Position numbers and translations under genes: made by a program
Source of the DNA: Gemmatimonadales bacterium
Lineage (GTDB): Bacteria > Gemmatimonadota > Gemmatimonadetes > Gemmatimonadales > GWC2-71-9
DNA length: 64,000 bases
Direction of reading: 5' to 3'
Assembly: GCA_033764615.1 (NCBI GenBank)
Contig: JANRIU010000007.1
Coordinates: 16,314 to 80,313 of the forward strand
In this document: positions 18,632 to 28,266 of the stretch, in pieces
How the letters are laid out: each line of letters starts with the position of its first letter
How positions within the stretch are numbered: position 1 is the stretch's first letter
Notes under the pieces: generated by a model
Seen by the model: only the letters and a program-made list of their open reading frames with translations
Told to the model about the DNA's origin: nothing
Databases searched by the model: none

Positions 18632-19678
18632 TCAACCGAGCACGACCTGCCCGCGCGGCCCCACCACTTTCGCGCGCAGGGTGACCGGCCCCCGGCGGAT
18701 CGGCAGCACGAGGCCGACCGCCTCGAGCGCATCCCAGGCGCGCGCCTCCTCGGGGTGACTCGCCTCGAACGCGACCAGGTCGAGGCTCGCCTCGGTGAGC
18801 GACGCGGACGGATGCGGCGACGCACCCCAGTCGATGAGGAACGGCACCAGCCCGTCGCACGGCGCGACGGCGGGGTCGGTGAGCCGCCAGGCAAGCGGCA
18901 CGCCATCGTCTCGCACCCGGCGGCCCTCGATGGGCGCGCCGAGCGGGACGCCGAGCGCTGCGGCCCGTTCCGCGCGCGCATCGAGGTCGGGCACGCGCGC
19001 GGCCCACGTCACCAGCCGCGGCGCCGTCAGCGCGTCGAGCCCGAACGGCCTGGGGCCCGGGGGCGGCGGCAGCGACGGATCGGGCGCGATGATCTCGAGG
19101 TACGCGCCGACGCCCAGCCCGATGAGCGCGTTGTGCGTCCCCCACTGGGGATGCCGGCCGCCGGCGCGCGCGCGCATCCCCGTCAACCGCTCCACGTGCG
19201 CGACGCCCTCGTCCAGCGACGGCGCGCCAAGCACGAGGTGGTCGAGATGGGGGCGGAACCACTCCGCACTCCGCACGTGCCCGTCGACGCCGGTGGGGCG
19301 CCAGCGGTGGCCGTGCATGTCGAGCCACGCTCCCGGCGCGGCATCCGGCCGCGGCTCGGAGCCGCAGCGCAGCACGTTCCCGTCGGGGTCGGCCACCTGC
19401 ATCTCGCGCGCCCAGTAGTAGTCCTGCGGCGGATGGCGGATGAAGGCGCCGCGAGCGAGCAGTTCGTCGTGCAGCGCATCCGCGTCGCCGACGCCGATCC
19501 ACACCCATGACCCGGGCCGTCCCTGGTCGCCCTGCACGAGCATCAGGTGGCAGTCGCCGCGCCCGACGCTCACCATGTCGCCGGCATCCCAGTCGAGCGC
19601 GAAGCCGAGCGCCCCGATGTAGTAGCGGAGCGCCGCGCGCACGTCGGCGACGCGGAGGATGGGCGCGGCGGCGTGCAT
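18632..19678 (-). CDS. Two-domain VOC protein: bleomycin-resistance/glyoxalase domain plus Glyoxalase_3-like domain
   Basis: N-terminal 'PILRVADVRAALRYY..LGF', 'WAREMQVADPDGNVLR'; C-terminal 'LDHLV', 'GGRHPQWGTHNALI', 'YLEIIAPDP', 'PFLIDW'. Start ATG 19678. Confidence 0.78.
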   Translation of the reverse strand: MHAAAPILRVADVRAALRYYIGALGFALDWDAGDMVSVGRGDCHLMLVQGDQGRPGSWVWIGVGDADALHDELLARGAFIRHPPQDYYWAREMQVADPDGNVLRCGSEPRPDAAPGAWLDMHGHRWRPTGVDGHVRSAEWFRPHLDHLVLGAPSLDEGVAHVERLTGMRARAGGRHPQWGTHNALIGLGVGAYLEIIAPDPSLPPPPGPRPFGLDALTAPRLVTWAARVPDLDARAERAAALGVPLGAPIEGRRVRDDGVPLAWRLTDPAVAPCDGLVPFLIDWGASPHPSASLTEASLDLVAFEASHPEEARAWDALEAVGLVLPIRRGPVTLRAKVVGPRGQVVLG

Positions 19679-19680
19679 CG

Positions 19681-21423
19681 TCACGGCAGCACCCGCCCGC
19701 CGACCACCACCAGCACCGGCCGCAGGCGGAGCAGCCTCGCCGGTGTCTCGCTGGCGAGCGCGAACGGGTCGCCGTCGAGCACGGTGAGGTCGGCCTGCAT
19801 CCCGGGCGCGAGCGTGCCGCGCCGCGACTCGGCGAACGCCGCGCGCTGGGCCCACAGCGTGTAGCCGCGCACCGCCTCCTCGATCGTCAGCCGCTCCGCC
19901 GGCTGCCATCCGCCGGGCGGCACGCCGAGCGAGTCCTGCCGCGTGACCGCCGCGTGCAGGCCGTAGCCGAGCGCGAAGCCGCTGCCCGGCAGGTCGCTGC
20001 CGAGTGCGAGCGCCGCCCCCGCGCGCCGGAGCGAGCGCCACGCGTATGCGCCCGTGGCGCGCGCGGCGCCGAGGCGGGCGCCCGCCCACGGCGCGTCCTC
20101 CGGCGCGTGCGGCGGCTGCATGCTCGCGATGACGCCGAGCCGCGCGAAGCGGGGCACGTCATCGGGCGCGAGCACCTGCGCGTGCTCGACGCGGTCGCGG
20201 TGCGTGGTGTCGCCACGGCGCACGTCGGCGAGGAGGTCGAGCACCTCGCGGTTGCCGGCGTCGCCGATGGCGTGGATCGCGGCCTGGAAGCCGCGCCGCA
20301 TGAGCGCGCGGACCGCCGCGGAGTCGAAGCCGTACCCCGCCCCGGCGATGCCGCGCGTGCCGGGCTGGTCGGCGTAGTCGGCGAGGAGGCGTGCGCCGCG
20401 GCTGCCGAGCGCGCCATCGTAGTACGCCTTCACCGCGCGGACGGTGGCGCCGCCCCGTTCCACGCTGTCGGGCCCGCGCGCGAGCGCATCGCGCACGGCC
20501 GCCGTGTCGCGGGCGGAGAGCAGCGCGTGCACCCGGAGCGGCAGCGCGCAGCGCGCGGCGAGGCGCCGGAGCGCCGCGAGATGCACCGCGTCGACACCCG
20601 CCTCGTGCACGCCGGTGTAGCCCGCCCGGCCAAGCGCGCCGAGGCCGAGGAGCCAGTGGCGCTCCGCCTCCCGGTCGGTGGGCGCGGGCAGCGCGTCATC
20701 CAGCAGCGTCACCGCGCGGTTCCGCACCACGCCGCTCGGCGTGCCGTCGGCGGCGCGTTCGATGGTGCCGCCGACGGGAGCGGGCGTGTCGCGGCGGATG
20801 CCGGCCGCGTCGAGTGCGGCGCGGTTCGCCCAGCCCGCGAAGCCGTGGAGGCCGCGGAGGTAGACGGGATTGGCGGGGAAGCGGCGCGTGAGCTCGTCGT
20901 GCACGAGGCGGCGATCGGCCCAGGCGCCCTCATCCCACCCCTGCCCGAGGATCCACGCGCCGGGCACCGGGCGGCCCGCGGCCTTCACGACGCGGGCGAT
21001 CGCCTCCTCGGGCGTGCGCACGCCGACGAGGTCGATGCGCGCGAGCGAGGTCCCGAGTTCGACGACGTGGGTGTGCGCGTCGACGGCGCCAGGCAGCACC
21101 GTGGCACCGCGGAGGTTGCGGAGCACCGTCCGCGGGCCGACGAGCTTGATGATCGCCTCGTCGCTGCCGACGGCGATGATGCGGTCGCCGCGGATGGCGA
21201 GCGCCGTGGCGTCGGGCAGCCAGCGCCCGTCGGCGAACGGCGCGGAGGGCGCCGGCGTGCCATCGGGCGCGGGGTCGGGCCAGGCGAGCGTGTGGAGGCG
21301 GGCGTTGTGGAGGACCAGCGTCGGCGCCGTGTCGGGCGAGACCGGCGGTGCGCACGTGCCCTGCGCGCGGAGCGGCGCCGTCGCGAGCGCGGCGGCGAGC
21401 AGCGCGAGCGCCGACCGGCGCAC
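19681..21423 (-). CDS. Secreted amidohydrolase-3 (YtcJ-like)
   Basis: Signal peptide, 'DAHTH', 'HAIGD', 'RVEHAQ', 'ASMQP', 'GSD', 'GTLAPGMQADL'. Confidence 0.9.
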   Translation of the reverse strand: MRRSALALLAAALATAPLRAQGTCAPPVSPDTAPTLVLHNARLHTLAWPDPAPDGTPAPSAPFADGRWLPDATALAIRGDRIIAVGSDEAIIKLVGPRTVLRNLRGATVLPGAVDAHTHVVELGTSLARIDLVGVRTPEEAIARVVKAAGRPVPGAWILGQGWDEGAWADRRLVHDELTRRFPANPVYLRGLHGFAGWANRAALDAAGIRRDTPAPVGGTIERAADGTPSGVVRNRAVTLLDDALPAPTDREAERHWLLGLGALGRAGYTGVHEAGVDAVHLAALRRLAARCALPLRVHALLSARDTAAVRDALARGPDSVERGGATVRAVKAYYDGALGSRGARLLADYADQPGTRGIAGAGYGFDSAAVRALMRRGFQAAIHAIGDAGNREVLDLLADVRRGDTTHRDRVEHAQVLAPDDVPRFARLGVIASMQPPHAPEDAPWAGARLGAARATGAYAWRSLRRAGAALALGSDLPGSGFALGYGLHAAVTRQDSLGVPPGGWQPAERLTIEEAVRGYTLWAQRAAFAESRRGTLAPGMQADLTVLDGDPFALASETPARLLRLRPVLVVVGGRVLP

Positions 21424-21645
21424 CTACTCGCCCACCGCGTACGACTCGAGCCAGCCGCAGCGCGTGCAACGGTACGTGCGCACCGCATGCGTGTGGCGCC
21501 CGCCGATCTGCAGCCCCATCCACAGGCTCGGCTCGGGCGGCCCCTGCACCCACCGCTGCTCGGAGCGGCCGGCGTCGCTCTGGTCGAGGACGTAGCCGAG
21601 TTCCATCGGCGCCTCGCAGCGGAGGCAGGAGAGCGGTGTGCCCAT
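21424..21645 (-). CDS. Small zinc-ribbon protein (PF20097-like)
   Basis: 'CLRC...MELGY' and 'YRCTRCGWLESYA'. Start ATG 21645. Confidence 0.72.
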   Translation of the reverse strand: MGTPLSCLRCEAPMELGYVLDQSDAGRSEQRWVQGPPEPSLWMGLQIGGRHTHAVRTYRCTRCGWLESYAVGE

Positions 21646-21692
21646 GGCGCGACCCGGGAGGAGTGGTGGACAGCGGCCCACGACCCCTCAAC

Positions 21693-22886
21693 CTAGCCCG
21701 ACCCGCGACCGACGTTGTACGCCACCGCCCGCACGGTGAACTCGCCGTACGCGTAGCTGCCGCCCGGCGCGTCGTACCGCGCCTCGCCGAACGACGCGAT
21801 CCGCGCGGGGCCGTAGTCGCGATAGTCGCGCGCGGGCGTCGTCCAGCGGAGCCGCGTGAACGTCTTGCCGTCCGGCGACGCCGCCGAGCGGTCGTCCGAG
21901 ATGAAGTCGGCGAGCAGGCCGTCCTCGCCGAAGACGAGCGTGGCGCTCACCTCGTTGGCGCCGTGCGTGAAGTGCGCGATGGCCCGCCGGTCGTCGACCG
22001 CCTGCCAGCGGATCGCCGCGTCGACGAGTGACGCCGGCGCGAGCAGCGCCATGTCGTTCAGCATCGTGACCGACTCGGAGCGGTCCATGACGGGGCCGCG
22101 CGCGTCGACGATCGGCACGAGCCCGAGCGTGCGGACCTGCATGGTGGCGTGCCCGTCCGCGAGACGGTGGTACACCTCGACCGGGAGCCCGCCCTTCGTG
22201 GCATGCAGCAGGAAGAGGCGCGTGGGGCGGTCGAGGAAGCTCTGCTGGTCGGCGGTGAACGCCATCCACGGCGCGTCGGGTCCGCTCCGGATCCGCCCCT
22301 CGAAGCGCACGGCGAAGTTCCGCACGCGCGGACGGCCGACGGCGCCCACGAGCCGGAGATAGCGCTGCACGGGCGCGGGGAGCGGAGCGAGGTCGGCGTC
22401 GGTGACGAGCGGCGCGTCGACGGGGCGCGCAAGCCCCTCCTGCGCATCCTGCAGGAAGCGCGCGCGGTACGAGGTGGGCCCCGCCATGGCGGCGGTCAGC
22501 AGGGCCGCGCCCAGCAGCAGCACGTTCGGCACGGTGCCGGCCTTCGCATCGCCCCACGCGGCGACGATCACCGCCTGCGAGACGAGGGCGGCGGCGATGC
22601 CGACCGGCCACCAGGCGTCGGGCCGTGCGACGGCGAGCGCGACCGCCGCGAGCACGAGCATTGCGGCGAGGAGCCAGAGCAGCGCCATCCCGCGACTGAT
22701 CGGCTGCGCGAGCTGCGGCAGCTCGGCGAGGCCGAACCCCTTCACCACGCCGAGCAGGTGGATGAGGCCGTGCAGCGCGAGGAGCGCGAGGAGGACCCAC
22801 GGCAGCCGCCCGACGAAGGGGGCGGGTGCCGGCGGCGGCGGCGCGAGGCCGACGTCGTGCGGGAACAGGAGTGCGGAGGCGGTCAT
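21693..22886 (-). CDS. DUF6544-like protein with N-terminal membrane segment
   Basis: Four hydrophobic helices then 'DLAPLPAPVQRYL', 'PTRLFLL', 'WQAVDDRRA', 'F.SDDR'. Family assignment from recall. Confidence 0.7.
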   Translation of the reverse strand: MTASALLFPHDVGLAPPPPAPAPFVGRLPWVLLALLALHGLIHLLGVVKGFGLAELPQLAQPISRGMALLWLLAAMLVLAAVALAVARPDAWWPVGIAAALVSQAVIVAAWGDAKAGTVPNVLLLGAALLTAAMAGPTSYRARFLQDAQEGLARPVDAPLVTDADLAPLPAPVQRYLRLVGAVGRPRVRNFAVRFEGRIRSGPDAPWMAFTADQQSFLDRPTRLFLLHATKGGLPVEVYHRLADGHATMQVRTLGLVPIVDARGPVMDRSESVTMLNDMALLAPASLVDAAIRWQAVDDRRAIAHFTHGANEVSATLVFGEDGLLADFISDDRSAASPDGKTFTRLRWTTPARDYRDYGPARIASFGEARYDAPGGSYAYGEFTVRAVAYNVGRGSG

Positions 22887-23104
22887 CGGACCCTCCGGCC
22901 GGAGACGCCTCAAGGGTGCCACCGCACGCGTGAGGCGCGGCGACTGGTCCGCATGAAGCGGGCATCACCCCGCGTTCAGGGCCTCTTGCGCGGCGCGCGT
23001 GGCGCCGGCGCGGCGCCGGTCCTCCGGCCCGTTGCTTGCGCCTGGCGCGACTACGTTGGAGCGACTGGCCGACCCGCCCCGACACCACGAGCCCCGATCG
23101 CCCC

Positions 23105-24076
23105 ATGCGCCCCATCGGCATCCTGCACGAGCATCCCGACTGGTTCCGCCCGCTCTTCGCCGAGCTCGAGCGACGCGGGCTGCCGTACGAGCGGATCGAC
23201 GCCGCCGCGCACGCCTACGACCCCGCGGAGGCGGAGGTGCCGTACGCGCTGGTGGTGAACCGCGCGTCGCCGTCGGCATACCTGCGCGGACACGGGCAGT
23301 CGATCTTCCACACGCTGCAGTGGCTGCGGCACCTGGAGCGGCTGGGCGTGCCGGTGATCAACGGCGTGCAACCGTACACGGTGGAGCTCTCGAAGGCGCT
23401 CCAGCTCGACATCCTCGCGGAGCTCGGGCTGCCGTTCCCGCGGTCGCGCGTGATCAACGACCCGTCGATGGCGCTGGCCGCGGCGGAGGGGCTGCGCTAC
23501 CCGGTGCTGGTGAAGGCGAACATCGGGGGGAGCGGCGCCGGCATCACGCCGCACGCCTCGCGCGAGGCGCTCGCGGCGGCGGTCGCGGCGGGGGCGGTGC
23601 CGCTGGGCATCGACGGGACGGCGCTGGTGCAGGAGCAGGCGCCGCTCGCGGGCGGGCACATCACGCGCGTCGAGGTGCTGGACGGCCGCTTCCTCTATGC
23701 CATCAACGTGCATCCCGCCGCCGACTCCTTCAACCTCTGCCCCGCCGACATCTGCCAGACGACCGACGGCGCCGAGCTCGCGCGCGGCGCGTGCGCGGTG
23801 GACGCGGCACGCAACGGCATGCGCGTGGAGCAGGCGCACCCGCCCGCCGAGATCGTCCGCCAGGTGGAGCAGATCGCGGCGCGCATCGGGCTCGACGTGG
23901 GCGGGGTGGAGTACCTCGTGGACGCGCGCGACGGCCGGCACGCGTTCTACGACATCAACGCGCTCTCGAACTTCGTGGCCGACGCGCCGCGCGTCGTGGG
24001 GTTCGACCCGTTCGCGCGGTTCGCGGGCATGCTGGAGCGGCGGCTCGGGGCCGCCGCACACGGTCGGGCGGCGTAG
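23105..24076 (+). CDS. RimK-like ATP-grasp ligase
   Basis: 'VINGV', 'SKALQ', 'YPVLVKANIGGSGAGI', 'LVQE', 'GGVEYL', 'YDINALSNF'. Start ATG 23105. Confidence 0.85.
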   Translation: MRPIGILHEHPDWFRPLFAELERRGLPYERIDAAAHAYDPAEAEVPYALVVNRASPSAYLRGHGQSIFHTLQWLRHLERLGVPVINGVQPYTVELSKALQLDILAELGLPFPRSRVINDPSMALAAAEGLRYPVLVKANIGGSGAGITPHASREALAAAVAAGAVPLGIDGTALVQEQAPLAGGHITRVEVLDGRFLYAINVHPAADSFNLCPADICQTTDGAELARGACAVDAARNGMRVEQAHPPAEIVRQVEQIAARIGLDVGGVEYLVDARDGRHAFYDINALSNFVADAPRVVGFDPFARFAGMLERRLGAAAHGRAA

Positions 24077-24087
24077 CGCGCGGGGCG

Positions 24088-26340
24088 CTACCGGCGCCCG
24101 ATGTGGATCTCCTCGCCGCTCGCCGCCACCACCCGCCGCGTCGCGTCGAGCTCGGTGACGGCGAACAGGTTGAACGCGCTGAACCGGCCCTGCGTGCGCC
24201 AGGCGGTGCCATCCCACCGCACGGCCAGGCCCGAGCTGCCGACGGCGTAGCAGTCACTCGCCGAGCGGCACGATACGTCGAGCAGGATCGCCCCGGTCGT
24301 GAGGTCGCTCGTCGGCGTGATCCACGTGCTCGTGCCCGTGCGCCGCACGATCGTGCCGTTGGTCCCGACCGCCACGCAATCCGTCGCGCTCAGGCAGGCG
24401 ACCCCGAAGAGCGTCACGCCGACACCGGCGCCCGTCGTCTGCGCCGTCCAGTCGGTGCCGTCCCAGCGGATCGCGGTGCCGGCCGGGCCCACGGCGATGC
24501 AGTCGTCGACGGCGGCGCACGCCACGGCGTTCCAGTCGTTGTTGGACTGCACGGTCGCGGCGGTCCAGCTGCCGCCTGCGAGGCGCACGATGCGCCCGAG
24601 CTGGCCCACGGCGACGCAGCTCGTGGTCGTGGGGCAGGCGATGGCGTACAGCGCGTCGCCGGCGGCGGGGTTCGTCTCCGTCGACCACGCCGACCCGTTC
24701 CAGCGCGCGATCGTGCCCAGGCCGCCCACGACATAGCAGAGGTCGTCGGCCGGGCAGGCGATGCCGCGCAGCTGTTCGCCGACCGGCAGCCCCGTCGCCG
24801 GCACGCTCCAGCTCGTGCCGTTCCAGCGCGCCACCAGCCCGAAGCTGCCCGCGCCAAAGCACGACGTCGCGGAGCGGCAGGCGAGGTCGCGGATCTCGAG
24901 CGACGTTCGCGTGAGCGTGGTGACGGTCCAAGCCGTGCCGTTCCAGCGGAGCAGCGCGCCGCCCTGACCGGCGGCGACGCAGTCGGCGGCGGCAGGACAG
25001 GCCACGCCTCGCAGCGACTCGGTGACGCCGCTCGCCTCGGCGCTCCACGTCGAGCCGTTGAAGCGGCGGATCAGGCCGCTGGCGCCCACGACGACACACT
25101 CGCTCGCCCCGCGGCAGCGTACCGCGTTGAGGGTGGTGGTGGTCCCGCTCGTGGAGGCGTTCCACGCGCTCCCGTTCCAGCGGCGGATCGTTCCGCTCGC
25201 TCCCACCGCGGTGCAGTCGGTCGCCGTGACGCACGCCACGCCGAGGAGCACCGCGCTCGTGCCGCTCGAGACCGTCGCCCAGGCGCTGCCGTTCCAGCGC
25301 CGGATCGTCCCCGAGTTCCCGACGGCGACGCAGTCGTCCGCAGCGACGCAGGCGATGCTGCTGAGGCTGGCGCTGCCGGAGTTGAACGATTCGCTGCGCC
25401 ACGTGCTGCCGTTCCAGTGCAGGGCATCAAAGCCGTTCGTGGCCACGCAGGCGGACGCCGACGTACAGCTCACGCTGCCGAGCGAGCCGGTCGTCCCGCT
25501 GGCCTGCGCACGCCAGAGGCTGCCGTTCCACACCAGCACCCGCCCCCCCTGGCCGACGGCGACGCAGTGCATGCTCGTCGTGCAGCTCACGCCGCTGAGG
25601 TTGGTGATGAGGCCGGTGGCCGTCGCGGTCCACGAGGTGAGGTCCCACCGCACGGCTGCGCCGTTCGCGCTCACCGCCATGCAGAACGACGAACCGACGC
25701 AGGAGACGTCGTTGTACCGCGCCGCGCCGGCCACCTGACGCCAGCGCAGCTCGCCATCATCCTGCGGGAGCACCGCGCGGACGAAGACCGTGACGTCGAA
25801 CGCCGTCACCGTATTCGGCACCGACAGCACCACCGACTGCGCGCCCGACGTCTCACCGGGCAGGAGATTGCCCGTCAGCTGCCAGTACGGCTGCCCCGGC
25901 GCCGTGAAGCTGCCGGTGCCGCTCGCATTCGCCGCGCTGATCGTCCCGGAGCCGCCGGTCGCCGTGGCGGTCGCCAGCACCAGGCGGATGCCGTCGGCGT
26001 GCGCCGTGGTGCCGTCCGCGGAGCCGAGCGGCCAGGCCGTGAGGTTCGTGATGGTGACATCAAACGAGAACTGCTGCTGCGCGCCGCTGTAGGCGACGTT
26101 GCTCGACGTGAGCGTGAGGTACTCCCCCTGCCCGCCAAGCAGCACGGGCCCCGCGCTCAGGAGCGCCTGCGCGGCGGGCGCGCACCGCACCGCACGCGCG
26201 CCGACGTCGGCGCGGCAGCTGATGGCGGCGAGCGGCGGCTGGCCCCCGGACGGTGACGAGGGCTCGGGGGAGACGGGCGCCCCGCCACAGGCGGCGACGA
26301 GGAGTGCCGCGGCGGCGGCGAGGGAGCTGGCGGCGCGCAT
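24088..26340 (-). CDS. Large lipoprotein with an N-terminal beta-rich domain and 13 Cys-x5-Cys repeats plus one degenerate repeat (predicted beta-propellers)
   Basis: Lipobox LLVAAC, then about 40-aa repeats L-x-x-V-x-C-x5-C-x-A-V-G-x-x-G-x-x-x-R-W-N-G-x-x-W. Start ATG 26340 overlaps the upstream TGA. Confidence 0.85.
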   Translation of the reverse strand: MRAASSLAAAAALLVAACGGAPVSPEPSSPSGGQPPLAAISCRADVGARAVRCAPAAQALLSAGPVLLGGQGEYLTLTSSNVAYSGAQQQFSFDVTITNLTAWPLGSADGTTAHADGIRLVLATATATGGSGTISAANASGTGSFTAPGQPYWQLTGNLLPGETSGAQSVVLSVPNTVTAFDVTVFVRAVLPQDDGELRWRQVAGAARYNDVSCVGSSFCMAVSANGAAVRWDLTSWTATATGLITNLSGVSCTTSMHCVAVGQGGRVLVWNGSLWRAQASGTTGSLGSVSCTSASACVATNGFDALHWNGSTWRSESFNSGSASLSSIACVAADDCVAVGNSGTIRRWNGSAWATVSSGTSAVLLGVACVTATDCTAVGASGTIRRWNGSAWNASTSGTTTTLNAVRCRGASECVVVGASGLIRRFNGSTWSAEASGVTESLRGVACPAAADCVAAGQGGALLRWNGTAWTVTTLTRTSLEIRDLACRSATSCFGAGSFGLVARWNGTSWSVPATGLPVGEQLRGIACPADDLCYVVGGLGTIARWNGSAWSTETNPAAGDALYAIACPTTTSCVAVGQLGRIVRLAGGSWTAATVQSNNDWNAVACAAVDDCIAVGPAGTAIRWDGTDWTAQTTGAGVGVTLFGVACLSATDCVAVGTNGTIVRRTGTSTWITPTSDLTTGAILLDVSCRSASDCYAVGSSGLAVRWDGTAWRTQGRFSAFNLFAVTELDATRRVVAASGEEIHIGRR
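24091..25716 (-). repeat. Intragenic tandem repeat array of about 14 units of roughly 120 bp
   Basis: Recurring 'gccgttccagcg' and 'cgacgcagtc' motifs on the + strand corresponding to RWNG and DCVA in the protein. Confidence 0.85.
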
Positions 26341-26579
26341 CAGAATACCGTCGATCCGCCGCCCCCGATGATCCCGCCACCGCCAATGCCGCCGCCGGTC
26401 TGCAGCGTCAGGTCGGTGAGCGAGGGGAGCGACTCGAGCTGGGGAGGGGACCACGGCCGCCGGGCGGGTGCCGCCACGGTGGGCGGCGCCGCGGCGCTGT
26501 CGGGCTGGTCGGGCGGCTGGAGCGCGGGACGGATCACGGGCACCTCGGTGGCGGGGCGGCGAATCGTCGCCCACTCCAC
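26340..26579 (-). CDS. Small peptide with a lasso-type leader motif and a Gly-rich core (RiPP-like precursor)
   Basis: Ends RRPWSPPQLESLPSLTDLTLQTGGGIGGGGIIGGGGSTVF*. TGATG coupling to the downstream lipoprotein. Start (GTG 26579) uncertain. Confidence 0.7.
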   Translation of the reverse strand: MEWATIRRPATEVPVIRPALQPPDQPDSAAAPPTVAAPARRPWSPPQLESLPSLTDLTLQTGGGIGGGGIIGGGGSTVF

Positions 26580-26632
26580 GAGAACGCGGTGACGGTCGAT
26601 CCCTTCTCACCACCATCCGCCGCCGCGCCCGC

Positions 26633-27754
<1,122 letters not shown>

Positions 27755-28159
27755 CTACATCGCCCCGATCCCCGCCCGCGCCACCTGCTCGTCCTGCGCC
27801 GAGGTGGCGCCGCTCACGCCGACGGCGCCGACCACCTGGCCGTTCACCTCGATCGGCACGCCGCCCTGCACCGGCACGATCCCGGGGAACGTCATCAGCA
27901 CGGGGCGCCCAGCCGCGATGGCGTCCTCGAGCACCTTGGTCGTCCGCCGGAAGCGCGCCGACGTGCGCGCCTTCCCTTCGGCGTTCGCGACCGACGCGGG
28001 GTTGGCCTGGTCGTCGCGCTGGAGGAGGACGAGGTCGCCGGCGGCGTCGACGATGGCGATCGTGACGTGCCAGCCCTGCTCGCGCGCCTCGGCCTCGCCG
28101 GCCTCGGCGATGCGGCGGGCGGCCTCGAGCGTGACCTGCGGAGCGGAGCGCGTGGACAT
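27755..28159 (-). CDS. GlcG/HbpS family heme-binding protein
   Basis: 'VTIAIVDAAGDL', 'AEGKARTSA', 'QGGVPI..GQVVGAVGVSG..SAQDEQVA'. Start ATG 28159. Confidence 0.88.
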   Translation of the reverse strand: MSTRSAPQVTLEAARRIAEAGEAEAREQGWHVTIAIVDAAGDLVLLQRDDQANPASVANAEGKARTSARFRRTTKVLEDAIAAGRPVLMTFPGIVPVQGGVPIEVNGQVVGAVGVSGATSAQDEQVARAGIGAM

Positions 28160-28266
28160 GGGAGGGCGGGAGGCGGGGACGTGGCGCGGGGGTCGGCCGG
28201 CCTGCCGGCCGCACCGACCCCCGGGGAGCGCGCGGAAGATACCGCGTCGCGTGCCGCCCGCCCGGC

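Noticed and set aside
24091-25716. Regularly spaced DNA repeats resembling a CRISPR array
   Set aside because: They are in-frame degenerate protein repeats inside one ORF. There are no identical direct repeats with unique spacers and no cas genes.
26340-26579. Calling the small peptide a true lasso peptide or a graspetide
   Set aside because: The core lacks the Asp/Glu required for a macrolactam or for ATP-grasp crosslinks, and no cyclase, B1 or B2 gene is in the window. It is kept only as RiPP-like.
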